Shown here piece by piece: positions 1-11,505 of a DNA stretch of 64,000 nt (position 1 is the first letter of the stretch; every line of letters starts with the position of its first letter). A model generated the notes under the pieces. That model searched no databases. It saw only the letters and a program-made list of their open reading frames with translations, and had not been told where the DNA came from. The translations under genes were made by a program, and so were the position numbers. Source of the DNA: Takakia lepidozioides. Its lineage: Eukaryota > Plantae > Bryophyta. The stretch covers positions 39,184,001 to 39,248,000 of the forward strand of contig CM060731.1 of NCBI GenBank assembly GCA_030704615.1, given 5' to 3'.

Positions 1-224
1 AAGACCGCTCGCTTTGGTCCACAAATATTGAGAGAAAAGTCGGCTGTGTCCTTGAGCACCAAAATTAGTTGACCCCTTTGTCAGATTGTTGAAGACTTGT
101 CTATAGTGGCATGAATCTGGGATTGAAAGTTCTATGGACTATCCTACAGGAGCATACTGTTCTACGGACTAGCTATACTTTACCCTATCCTATTTCTGAT
201 CCAGACAAGAAGATCTACTAGTTA

Positions 225-3017
225 ACATTCACGAGTAGAGCAAGTCCTTTGTTGGTTGATTACTTGCTGTAGGCTGACTAATCCTAGAGCATCTCTAAAA
301 TGGACAAACTTCTATTTCCCTAATGGTTTTGTGAATATGTTAGCAAGTTGACTCTTTGATGCAACATGGTCGAAGTCTACTTCTCTTTTTAGTATTTTCT
401 CTCTAATGAAGTGGTAATGTACCTCTATGTGCTTAGTACGCGCGTGAAACACTAGATTGTTCGCCATTTTGATAGATGATGTCAGAGACCTGACAATCAA
501 GCTATAGTGGGTGATAGCCTATTTGAGAAATGAGGGGGTTGAGGTAAAGAAATTTCTGAACGACAAGTGGTTAGGGTTGTGTCTTGGCATGTGGATGCAA
601 GCCTGCGACTGGAATTATCACACCAAAGTTGAGTTGCCTTACCAATGAGGAAGCCAAGTTCTTGAGTAAGAGTCTGCAACCACATAGATTCTTTGGTACC
701 TTCAGTTATGGCTCGATACTCCGCCTCGGTTGATGACAAAGATAATGATGGTTGTCTCTTGCTCGACCATGTTACAGGTGATCCCCCAAGTCGGACACAA
801 ATCTAGAGGTAGATCGTCTTGTTTCTTGATCACCTACCCAATCTGCGTCCACAAACCCGTCCAAACCTATTCCTCCTTCCGCATAAAACATCAATCCAAA
901 ATCCATGGTTCCCTTTAGGTAGCGGAATATCCTTTTGACTGCCTCCATGTGAGACTTTTGAGGTGCCGACATAAATCTACTTACCACCTCTACAACGTAG
1001 CAAATGTCTGGTCGTGTATTTGTCAAATAGATCAACTTTCTGACCATTTTTTGATACAAAAGCTCATCTGCTCGCTCCTCTCCCATGTCAACAATTAACT
1101 TCAAGTTCTCAACCATGGGAGTTGGGCTTGTGTTGCATTCACTAAGACCTAGCTCCTTGAGCATGGCTTGGATATACCCTCTCTGCGTTAGAAAAATCCC
1201 ATTCGATAAGTACTTGAATTCTATGCGTAGATATAGCTCCAAGTCACCTAGTTGTGACATTCTGAACTTTTTGACAAGCTGCTCGGTTAACCACTCAATA
1301 TTTTTGTTGTGATTTCCCGTCAAGAGCAAGTCATCCACGTATTTAATTAGAATAATCAGCCTATCTCCTTGTCGCATGTAGTAGAGATTATGGTTTGCAT
1401 TCCTGCTCTTGAGGCCTTGTTCCCTGAGAAATGTATCTATTTCTTCATACCACGCTCTCGGTGCTTGTTTCAGTCCATATAGGGCTTTAGCAAGCTTGCA
1501 GACCTTCCCTTCTTGCCCATGAACCTCAAAGCCCTTGCAACATGTACACTTCCTCCTTCAGGCTTCCATTGAGAAAAGCCGTCTTGACATCAAGGTGCGA
1601 CAATTTCCAATTATTTTTCGCGGCAAGAGCAATCAATGTCCTTAGTGTGCCCCATTTCACCACTGGGGTGAACGTCTCTTCATAATCAATTCCCTCCCTT
1701 GTGCTTGATATGACCTCCATCTGCACTTTTTTTCTCCTTAAACACCCACTTGGAAGAAATTGGACGTTTTCCTGGAGGCAAATCGACAAGCTCCCACGTA
1801 CTATTTTCTTGTATAGAGTCCATCTCCTCTTGCATGGCTTTTCTCCAAATTGAATGGAGCACTGTCTGCTCAAAAGAGGTAGGTTCCTCTGCATTTTCCA
1901 ACACAGCAACGTAATCCTCTAGTCTTCGTGGTATTCTTCGTTCCCGCACAAGCAACCTTCGAATTTGAGGAGCGGGTGGAGCAGGTGGCTGATCAGGCAA
2001 GACAGCTTCACTAGCTTCACTTGACGTGTTTCCAAAAAGAAATGTATCGGAGAGTGTATAAGGTGACTCGGAATCAGTTGAGAAGTCTGGCGAGAAGGTA
2101 CTTGACGTTTCTGACGAGGATTGCAAAGAATCATGAGATTGAGATGGTGCAGGACTAGTTGGTAGATCAGGAGGAGCACTGGGTCTTTGATCAACTTCTC
2201 GAAATATGGGGGTGGTTGTGTCATGATTGCATAATGCCCTTTGGTCAAGTGCAAAGCCAACTTGAGACTCATCGAACGTAACATCCCTCGATACGAGTAT
2301 ACATCTAGATTGAGGATGATAGCACCGAAAGCCTTTAGACTCCTGATCGTATCCTATGAAGGCACATTTGACAGCTCTCGCTTCCAATTTCTTTATGTTC
2401 TCCTTATCAACATGAACATAGACTAAGCTTCCAAAAATCCGGAGATGACGAAGGTCTGGTCGCTTACCCGTGAGTCGCTGAAAAGGAGTTACTCCTGAAT
2501 TGGCTCGTGTCGGTGATCTATTGATGAGGTAGTTCGTAGTGTTTACTGCCTCGGCCCAAAAATAGTTGGGTGCATTGCTGCTGTGGGTCATGCTACGAGC
2601 TCGCTCCATGATCGTCCGGTTCTATCTTTCGGCGACTCCGTTGGAGTGTGAAGTCCTTGCCTGGGTAAGCTGTCATAGAATGCCATGCTTATCAAGATAG
2701 TCCTGAAATTCACCAGACATAAATCCCCCCCCCCCCCCCCCCCCCCGCGATCTGTGCGTATGTTTGAATGGATTTTCGAAAGTGGTTTTCGACCATTCTA
2801 TGAAATTTTTGAACATAGGAGAAGGCTTTACTCTTTTCCTTGAGAAAATAGACCAACGTGAAGCGACTGAAGTCGTCAGTAAAAGTAATGAAGTATCTCT
2901 TTCCTCTTTTTGATGGAACTGGCAGTGGCCCACGGAGATCAGAGTGAATGAGTTGTAAGATTCCAGTGGCTCTGGAGTTGCTGGATTTAGGAACACTCTC
3001 TCGACTTTGGTTGCCAA
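225..3017 (-). mobile_element. Ty1/copia LTR retrotransposon pol remnant (integrase, RT, RNase H), frameshifted; 5' part cut off by the CACTA insertion
   Basis: Minus-strand ORFs in copia order. Integrase: LQLIHSDLRGPLPV near 2930-2960, GFMSGEFQDYL, FWAEAVNTTNYLINRSPT, LRIFGS, KLEARAVKCAFIGY. RT: WRKAMQEEMDSIQENSTWELV, GIDYEETFTPVVK, LDVKTAFLNG, YVDDLL. RNase H: FVDADW, SSTEAEY, WCDN, HARTKHIEVHYHFIRE, QLANIFTKPL. Multiple frameshifts and stops. Confidence 0.95.
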
Positions 3018-3545
3018 CACTACAGCAAATTGGGGGGGGGGGGGGTTACGACGCCAGCCGCGCCCCCACGCCCCGTGCGGCGCTGAGCGTGCGACACCAA
3101 CCCCACGGAGTGTGTTTGCGACGCTGGGCCGTCGCAGCCAAACCCCGCGGGTCGCCACTTGGCCGTCACACGGAGTGATGAAGGGCAAATGGCAGCCCTT
3201 CCGCGCGACGCCCAAGCGTCGCCCTCCAGCGAAGGGCAGAAGGCAGCCCTCTCTGGCGACGGCCGGTCGTCGCACGCCGAAACAAAAAACTCTTTCTTGC
3301 CCTTTCTTTCATCGCAGCCCTTTCTTGCGACGCCAGGCCGTCGCGTCGTGGCATGAAGGGCAAAAGGCCCCTGCGACGGCCGGGCGTCACAAACTGCCCG
3401 ACTGCCCTATTATTGGAAAACCAAAAAACATGTCACAGTTTGCGACGGCTGACCGTCGCCATTTGCGACCCCCAGCCTCATAAATCCTAAAAACCGCGTC
3501 GCACGTGGCGACGCGTGGGGGTCGCAAGTAGCGACGGCAGGGCTT
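3018..3545. repeat. CACTA terminal motif plus subterminal GCGACG/CGTCGC inverted-repeat cluster
   Basis: Repeated short palindromes, e.g. TTTGCGACGctgggcCGTCGCA (3116), GCGACGgccggTCGTCGC (3256), GCGACGccaggcCGTCGC (3327), GCGACGgctgacCGTCGC (3442), CGCGTCGCacgtgGCGACGCG (3495). Confidence 0.85.
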
Positions 3546-3886
3546 TCTAGGTTTAGGTTTAGGGCCTTTGGGGGTTCTTAGTTTTTTTTTTTTTTTTTTC
3601 CATATGGTACTGGGGGTAGGGTTTTTGTTTTTCTTTATGGTTTAGCTTGTTGTTGTGGACCTTCTTGTAGATTGTGACATTCCTTTTGATAATTCTCTTG
3701 ATACCACATCTGTATGTGTTGCTCCAATATATTCATTGCCTCTGCCTTCTTTCTTGAAAGACTACCAGCCATAACTATATTTGATCAAACATAGAAATAA
3801 AGTACAATATGCATGTACATGTACAATCAATCGAAGGGAGGGGTCCAGTTCGGTGCAAGAATTGTTATGTAGCTTTGATATTGTGT

Positions 3887-6800
3887 TTAATCAACTTGAA
3901 CATCATCATCTGGAGCCTCTTCATCCTCATCAAGCTGCAAGTCTTCTTGGTCATCGGAGTCATCGTCATAAATGGTCCGGCCCTCAAAAGGCACCTCCGA
4001 ATCATCCTCCACCTCGTTGTCAATGGCCGTGTCTTCGTCTCCTTCTCCAACATCCGTATCTTCTAGAGCTTCATCATATAGGATCCAGGATGCATTGTCC
4101 GGGGCGTCATCATCCTCTTCTACCCCCTCTACCCAACCTCCATCATCAGTATCATTATGACCAGTTTCTCCGTCCACCGCAATTTGCCTCACCCCAGGGA
4201 GATCCGAGACCATGATAGATACGTCTTCCTCTTAGCTGAGCATGCACAACCACCTTCCAATTCCCCCCTCTTATTTTGTCATCGGAGAAGAAAACTTGCT
4301 CCATGTCTGAAGGCCGTGAATAAGGCTCATTGGAGGGACGATGAGTAGGGTTGAGCCTATCTGCATTGACGCGCATGAAACCACAATCATCTTGCACTAG
4401 TGTTGCGGAGGGCCCCATAAGATGTGGCTGGAACCACCTTCCCTTGAAGAGAAGAGGCCGATACCTTGTATACTGAAGTTGGAGTATGTTCTCAAGCTCT
4501 CCAATGTACTCAAGTTTGCTCATAGCAGGTCGTGTATCTCCCTTGCCCCACACGGAGTCTTGCCAATATGTGGCACACAAGCCAAAATCAAAGGTTGTTT
4601 TGCGCTTCATGTCAAGAGCACGAATACGGAAATGACGACCGTGAACCCAAACCGCCGTGTATGAGGTCGCGAATTGAGAGGGACCCCTTGCAATGTCTTG
4701 CACCAAATCTGAAACCACCTCTCCATGAGCAACGACGTCATAAACTGAAGTCCGAAGCCACTGTTGGAATGAACTTAGATGTTGCAATTCCATGGGCAAA
4801 TTTTGTGAAGGAACATTTCGGCGGCCCGCTCCTCGTCGTGGGCGTCTAGTAACCGGCCTTGGATGGTTCCGCCTCCATGCAAGCGTCTCCGCCTCTCGTT
4901 GCTGAACAAGATTATTGTATCTTGCCTCCCACTCATGTATGGATGGGGTGTTCTTCAGTATGAAGTCATGCGCTTGCTCAATCACCAAGGTCAGCAATTT
5001 TACCCTCTTCGATCTTTTGGGCAAAACGATGTCTTTGGTTCGTGCATCCTCCTCTTCCTTCCACATCCGAGGGGCTTCCTCATCCACCCTTGCCATGTAC
5101 TCCGTGCAATAGAACATAGCTTCTTGCAACGTATACCCCTCCGCCATGCTACCCTCCGGGTGCGCCATTTGTCTTACAAATCCTTTCAAAGTCTTCATAT
5201 AATGCTCAAGGAAGTACATCCACCGAGAATGAACGGGGCCGACAATCGAAGCCTCTTCCACTACGTGCACTACCAAATGCACTTGGATGTCAAAGAAGGA
5301 GGGAAGAAGGTGCATCTCCAACATACACATTACCTCCGCTGCCTCCTTCTTCATGCGTGGAAAATCTGTTTCTTCCAACTCTTTGGAGCAAATCCACCGG
5401 AACAAGCCTCCCAATTTATAGATTGTCTCACGAACCTCGGGAGTCAATGTCCCACGTACTACAATGGACAAGATGTCTTGCAATAGATTGTGGTAGTCAT
5501 GAGACTTCAAACCATGGACCCCGTCTTCTTCGCTGAACTTCGTACGGAGGGATGACCCATAACCAGTTGGTGTTCGGACAACACTTATGGTGGCTATCAC
5601 TTTCTTGTATTCCTCCTTTGTCTATTGCCAAGGTACGCACCTATACTTCCACCGTACAACACCCTTTGGGTCCACACCATTTTGTTCAGCCCATAGATGG
5701 CGCATGCGACCCTGCTCCTCAAGCTCCTTTCTAACACCAAGAGAGTCTCTTTTTGCAGCCACTTCCTTCTTTGCCGGCGTGCCATGAAGAACCCGAAAAA
5801 GGGACGAGCAGACATTTTTCTCAATATGCATGGGATCTAGAAGATGACGAATCTTCAGGTCCTACATATATTCCCACCCACAAAGACTTACACAAATTTT
5901 TTACGTGAAAGTGACAATGCAACGCATACCAAATGTGCAATATCACATGCATGCATAGGGATATCGACGGTGTTTTTGTGGAATATGTACCGCCCAATAT
6001 GACAACTCGTAGAAGATTGAAAGTTGTTTCATGCCGGGCACGTCCACTTCACCATCCGTGCCCGCATGGGTCTCCTTCCATCGGTCCTCCCAAAATTGCC
6101 CAGACGGTGTCATAGGGGGGGGACGTACTTCCTCTTTGCCATCAAACAAGTGTTTCTCTCTTCTTTTCCATCGATGGCTCATAGGAAGAAATTTGCGATA
6201 GTTGGGATACACCATCTTGTGAAGATGGCGGGAGCTATGTGCATCAAGATCATCGCCACAATGCAAGCATGCATGGTACCCTTTGGTGCTTAGCCCTGAG
6301 CAAACAGTTAGTCATGTACTACACATCCCGCCACATTAGCAAAAACAAAAAGTTGTCATGTGCATGGCCCATGATGTCATCTACCCCACTACGGCGCACA
6401 AGACTGTCGCCGCTACTTTAATCAATCCCAATCCTCATCGATATTATCCGGCATTGACAAGTGAATGTACACGGGTTGTTCATGGGGAACATAATATACC
6501 TGGATAATCATGCATTGTCCAAAGCAAGATGCCTCTCATTTAAAAAGATTATCCGGCCATAGGTTCAAGTGAAGCATCCAGTGCCGGGACCCCCCTCCAT
6601 AGCTCCTTAAGTTCATCAACAAGAGGTCGCAAGTACGTGTCCACGTTTGCCACTTGTTTTTTCCCTATGAGACATTCACATCATTGTTTCAATGCTCTAC
6701 CAATATGCAAATTATACTACAAAATGAATTACACGTCTTAGTCCATGATTATGTCACTCATCAATCTTGCATCCGAATTGCGTAAGAGATCAGAAGTTTA

Positions 6801-8113
6801 ATGTAAAGTCTAAGGCAATAATAAACATGAAATGAGTACACTCACCTGGCGCAATGGCAGCCAACATGATAATGATATTTTTTAATTGAAAGATACGGAG
6901 GGATGTTGTAATTCACCATGGTCACCGGCCAAGTGGAATGACTACATGACTGGACAGAGAATGGGTTGACCCCATCCGAGGAGAAGCCGAGGTGGACATG
7001 TCTTGGGTCCTCCAAGAGAAAAGGCCACATCTCTTCAATATGCCTCCATGCTTGTGAATCTTGTGGCCCACACACCTTTCCCAGGGGGCTCCGATGCGAG
7101 GCGTGTCATCTCATGAGTCTGGCCAATTCAGGGCTTCGGTACTGTGCCCTCAATTGCGGGATGATCGGAAAGTAATGCATTTTCTAGGATAAAATACCCC
7201 ACGTCCTCCACATGTAATCATCCCATTAGCACACATAATACAACACCCTTATGTCTTTCGCTTTATGCAGCATCTCCCTCATTTGGGTGTGAATGGTCAA
7301 AACCGAACGTCGCTCCTTCCACTCCTCACTCACTCCTCACTCACTCCTTTCAAAACCACAATCAGATCTTGCATGAGTACTACTCTCTAAACCCTAAACT
7401 TGGTGGAATACACTTTACATACATTGAGAAGATTAAAAAAAGTAATCTCCATGCGAGGGGGAATGACGCTTATACCTTGCGTGGTACCTTTTTCCCTTAG
7501 ACATCATCCCGATATCGGTTTTTCTTGCACTTTGGGCACTTGGTGAGATGCGAATCATCTCCGTAGTATAGGGTTTTATCACATGGACATGCATGAAAAA
7601 TCTTATAGCCCATCCCCACATAGTTCAAGACTTCGCGCGCCTCTTTCTGCGACCGTGGCATCTTGGGTTTCAAGTGTGGAGCAAGGATATAGTCTCCAAT
7701 AGTTCGCATTATGGCAACATCCCAACATTACTTATGCCAAATCGAATTTGAAGATTGAGCAAAAGTAAGATTGTTGAAAGTCGACTCACTTTCGCCCCTT
7801 CGTACAAAGGAGTTCTCGCCTCCCTCTCCATGTCATTTGAGGGGGCCATTTCAGGATCATCGATTGGCCGGGTTCCCTCTTCATGGGATGCATCAGCGCC
7901 CACATGATGCATTAAGAGATCCTCCATGGCTTGCACATCCTCCTGGTTAATTCCATGCTCATTGTTGTTGTCACTGTCACTATCACTGTCATTGTCATCA
8001 TCGTCCGGTACCGTGGGGGTAGCGTCTCGCCCATGGCTCCCGCCTGATGTACTTGGGTTGTTTTCGGATGGGGTGCCAAGAGAAAAGACCGGGAAGGGAT
8101 GGACAAAGTCCAT
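3887..8113 (-). pseudogene. CACTA TnpD-type transposase (Transposase_21 / DUF4218 / DUF4216-like), intron-containing, disrupted
   Basis: Approximate exons. 8113-7476: PLYEGAKVS, IFHACPCDKTLY...CPKC. 7183-6846: HYFPIIPQL, DSQAWRHI, LGFSSDGVNPF, STWPV...YNIPP. 6664-6500: DTYLRPLVDELKELW, LLWTMHDYP. ~6330-5990: KGYHACLHC, IFYELSYW. 5860-4200: LDPMHIEKNV, GLKSHDYH, PSFFDIQVHLVVH, RWMYFLE, PEGSMAEGY, EQVFF. An acidic tail follows. GT-AG junctions are visible, as are in-frame stops and frameshifts. Confidence 0.92.
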
Positions 8114-9147
8114 AGGGACATATATTATAATGTGTCATTGCAGCCATACACTTCATTATAAGCGAAATGCAAACAACAACCTTCAATGTGTGTGTGCATC
8201 AAATATGTCATTCAATAATTACATGTATGTGTGCAACGTACACACATGCAAAGTTTCAAACCCAAACAAAATCATTTGCCCCCCCAATGACGCATTCACC
8301 CTATCAACCAATTTTTGTTTATTAATATGAAAGAAAATCCTCTCATGCCATTGCACCCAACAAACGGATGTGGCTCAAGTTTCATTTTTTCCTCCACCAG
8401 TGCTTAAATATGTGTGCAACACCTATTTAAAGATCCAGCAGGGGAAAAAAGAAAAAAAGAACCCCTACCTTACGACGCACTCACCCTTGCACCAATTTGA
8501 ATTAAATCGAATTTAAATGAATTTAAAATAAATATTTGTATTTAGAAAATATATAATTGCGGTTTTGAGGGGTGTAATGATTTTATTTTTAGCTCTATTT
8601 TGTTCTATGACATCGGGCTTTGCACCATTACATCCATGCAAAAAATCAGACAAAAAAAAAAAAAAAATGGAAAAAAAAAAGTGTGTTTCTAGGGTCACTT
8701 TTGTAGAACTCTCTAGGAAGAGTGCATGAAGTTGAAAATAACTCAACTTTGGAGTGCAAATGATCTGGTTATGGGTCCAAATGACTTTTGTTTACTCCCA
8801 AATTTTTCACGCACATTGCATATGCTATCATTAAGCATATGGCTTGAAAATGGAATTAAAAAAAAAATCATATGTAGACGAAACACAATTTTCCGTCTCT
8901 ATGACACGTAGCTGCGTTCAACACTAGAATGACCCATTGAATCAACTTCGTTCAAGCTCATATCTGGTCCACATGTGTATAAGTATGTTTAGATCACATA
9001 TGCAAAGATGCAACCCACACGAGCAACAAGAAAAAAATTTACATCAATCGATTAATCGGATGTATACAAAGCATATCATGAGAATATCTACAATGCCCCT
9101 CTACGCGATCCTTGTCTCAAAGGAACCCTATTTCTATCATACACATC

Positions 9148-9748
9148 TCACTCACGCTGTAATCGGAGGTCCCAATCATCCCGGGAGAACTCGTATGATG
9201 CAAATAGTTCGCTGCCAGCCCTAATAGTCCTACTAGCATATGTCATCACAAACATGTGTATCCCCTCACAGTATACTGACGTATGACCACAAAAGCTCTC
9301 ATGCCCATCGCTTTGCTCGTCCCATACTATATTGGTTCTCCTAGGATGACCAAAAGAACTATTGACCAGCCCAGCAACATTGCCGAAGATGTCGGGGTCA
9401 CCATCACAAAATCTGATCTCAATGGGAGACAACCCCCGTTTACGTACATTCTGTCCGTTGACACACAAAATGTAGGGTAGGATGTATGGGGCTTCGAGGC
9501 GTAATATACGAAACTCCGCGGAGGTGTAGTATGGACCGTAGTAGGGAAACAAGTCCACCGTGCTGTTTCTCCGAGGAGGAACCACAATATCATTGACCGT
9601 GAATAAACCCCGACCCATAGCAGGGTCTGTAGCGGCTCTCACAACATACCGTCTCCCCCAATACTCGAACTCCACATTTTCTTGGATGGGGGTTACATTC
9701 CAAGAAAAGAAAAAGAGGCTCCGTATTGATTGAGGTGGTGTCCCCCAT
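9148..9748 (-). CDS. SET-domain protein (putative lysine methyltransferase fold), start uncertain
   Basis: Stop-free frame with all four SET signature motifs in order: MGRGLF (GxG), PYYG (YxG), DGDPDIFGNVAGLVNSS...N (variant of RFINHSCxPN), and YASRTIRAGSELFASY (AxRxIxxGEELxxxY) followed by W. Confidence 0.8.
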
Positions 9749-10479
9749 TAAACCAACAGGATCGGGCTTCTTCCTAGTGCGCGTCATGGAGGCTTGGGGT
9801 TCCTTCCCTTTCTCAGTCTCTGATATGCAGCAGCTGCACTCTACCGGACCGTTGAGAGAAAGAGGAGACACTAAGTGAGGAAACCGATACACCCTAGTTC
9901 TCAAGCTCACGGTATTAGCCTCTCTTCTTGCGGTCAAAGTGTTAAGCATGATGATTGAACGGTTGGGTTGAGCAGCTGGATAGTGGTATTCAGGTTTTGG
10001 CTGTGTTATGGACCACAACATCGAGGGAAGAGCGACGTTGGGGCCTGCTCTTCAGCTGAGAACTTCAGGAGAAAGAGGAGCTGGGACCAGGGTATGGCAT
10101 AACCGAATCCACTTGATGAAATCGTGCAACGTTTCAACATATTCTTATCAAAATCTGCAGATAAGACGAGCTCTTGTTGTAGTGTGCTATTTTTTGCCCA
10201 CTGCCGCATGTAAACTAGAAAGATCTATATGGTCATGGTGTGTGAGAGCCTAGTGATACAGTTCTCTTTGGGAAGCACTATTCCTCTGGTCTGCTGGACA
10301 AATTACCGAGGGCTGGATGTGAGAAAGACTCCAGCAGATCTCACCATGCGGGTAGGTCAATACAGTCAATATCATCACGATATGGGTTCAGTTCACCGGA
10401 ATAGATCGCACATGCTCAAAAAGATCTGCTTAAGAGAGGAGATGCGCTTCTGCAAAATCCACAAACGAGACCAATCTAA

Positions 10480-10945
10480 GCATTGCAAGGGACCATGAGG
10501 CCATGAGACAACGATGTTCTCCACATGACACACATTATGGGTGTGCAAGCATAGGAGCCCTGGAAAAGGGGAAAGAGATCCATGCGGACATGATCGAAGC
10601 TGGAATTATACCAGATATCATTCTGGAGACTGCCATTGCTGATATGTATGCCAAATGCGCGAGTACGAAGGATGCACTCGAAGTGTTCAACAATATGGCC
10701 GATCGAAATGTTGTCTCCCGGAGTGTGATGATTGGAGGGTCTGCTCAGCATGAGTGTGGTAGGGAGGCCCTGCAATTATTCACACAAACGCAACAGGAAG
10801 GCTGAAGCCGGATGGTATCACTTTCATATCCCTTCTCTCTGCTTGTAGCCATGTGTGCCTGGTGGATGAAGGCCGTCACTATTTTGATTCCACGAGTCGA
10901 GATTATGGCCTCACTCCTACAGTGGCTTGCATGGTGAACAATTCC
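10480..10945 (+). pseudogene. PLS-class PPR gene fragment
   Basis: CASIGALEKGKEIHADMIEAGIIPDIILETAIADMYAKC...VFNNMADRNVVS..MIGGSAQHECGREALQLF, then in a shifted frame LKPDGITFISLLSACSH..LVDEGRHYFDS..RDYGLTP (P2-L2-like motifs). Confidence 0.9.
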
Positions 10946-10984
10946 GTCGATGGATGTGAAGAGACGTCTCTCTGGTAAGAGTAC

Positions 10985-11407
10985 CATGACAATGAATCAG
11001 AAAGTGAATATTGTCTTCAGATTGCCTACACAATGGGCATTTGCAATCCCCCTTTCCTCTCTGAATCTGTTTGCTGTTCAAAGGTAGGCTTCCCACCTTG
11101 AGTGTCAATTTCAGTCTAGTGCTGAGAATGGGTAAATGCTTGAGGTCATCCATGATGGCCTCCCCCATGTCACAGACTGGAAACAAGTTCAGGTAAGTTT
11201 TCTGCCTAACTTCATTTTCATCAGGCAATTTCCTGGCAACAGAGATGGCTTTGGACACTACAGCCTCTAAGTCAGATTTATCCAGCAGGGTCAAGACTTC
11301 TGGATTAAGATTCAGATCCTTGAGAATCTCTTCTACTCTCTTCTGCCAGGACTTCGCCTGTTTGACAGGGCGATCCTGTTTCCAAGATATAGAGTCGATT
11401 AACTTAG
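10985..11407 (-). mobile_element. Non-LTR retrotransposon (LINE) ORF2 C-terminal fragment, copy 1
   Basis: RLKLTLKVGSLPLN...CKCPLCRQSEDNIHFLIHC, the CCHC-type finger that follows RT in LINE ORF2. Homologous to 21560-22295 and 22535-23070. Confidence 0.8.
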
Positions 11408-11409
11408 GG

Positions 11410-11465
11410 GGAGAGAGAGAGAGAGATTGTACTCATAAGACGTTGTTTGCCGTAGCCTTGTGGCC

Positions 11466-11502
<37 letters not shown>
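11410..11502. repeat. (GA)n microsatellite split by a ~40 bp retroposon-end sequence
   Basis: GA runs flank TTGTACTCATAAGACGTTGTTTGCCGTAGCCTTGTGG, which recurs at 59080-59116. Confidence 0.85.

Positions 11503-11505
<3 letters not shown>

Larger units (their letters stand above)
3018..8113 (-). mobile_element. CACTA (En/Spm) DNA transposon, left terminus to transposase start; may extend to ~10184
   Basis: Begins CACTACAGCAAAT at 3018, exactly where copia homology stops. It is followed by dense GCGACG/CGTCGC subterminal repeats and then a TnpD-type transposase. The right end is not securely located. Confidence 0.9.

Noticed and set aside
2948-3483. Arg/Pro-rich ORFs as genes
   Set aside because: By-products of the GC-rich CACTA subterminal repeats.
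3546-3565. Telomeric array (also 7388 and 21005)
   Set aside because: Only one or two TTTAGGG-like units, telo-box level within TE sequence.
4863-5486. 207 aa plus-strand ORF
   Set aside because: Antisense shadow of the CACTA transposase.
10174-10184. Confirmed right TIR of the CACTA element
   Set aside because: 10/11 match only, the flank TGC does not equal the left flank CAA, and there is no GCGACG subterminal array. Kept only as a candidate.
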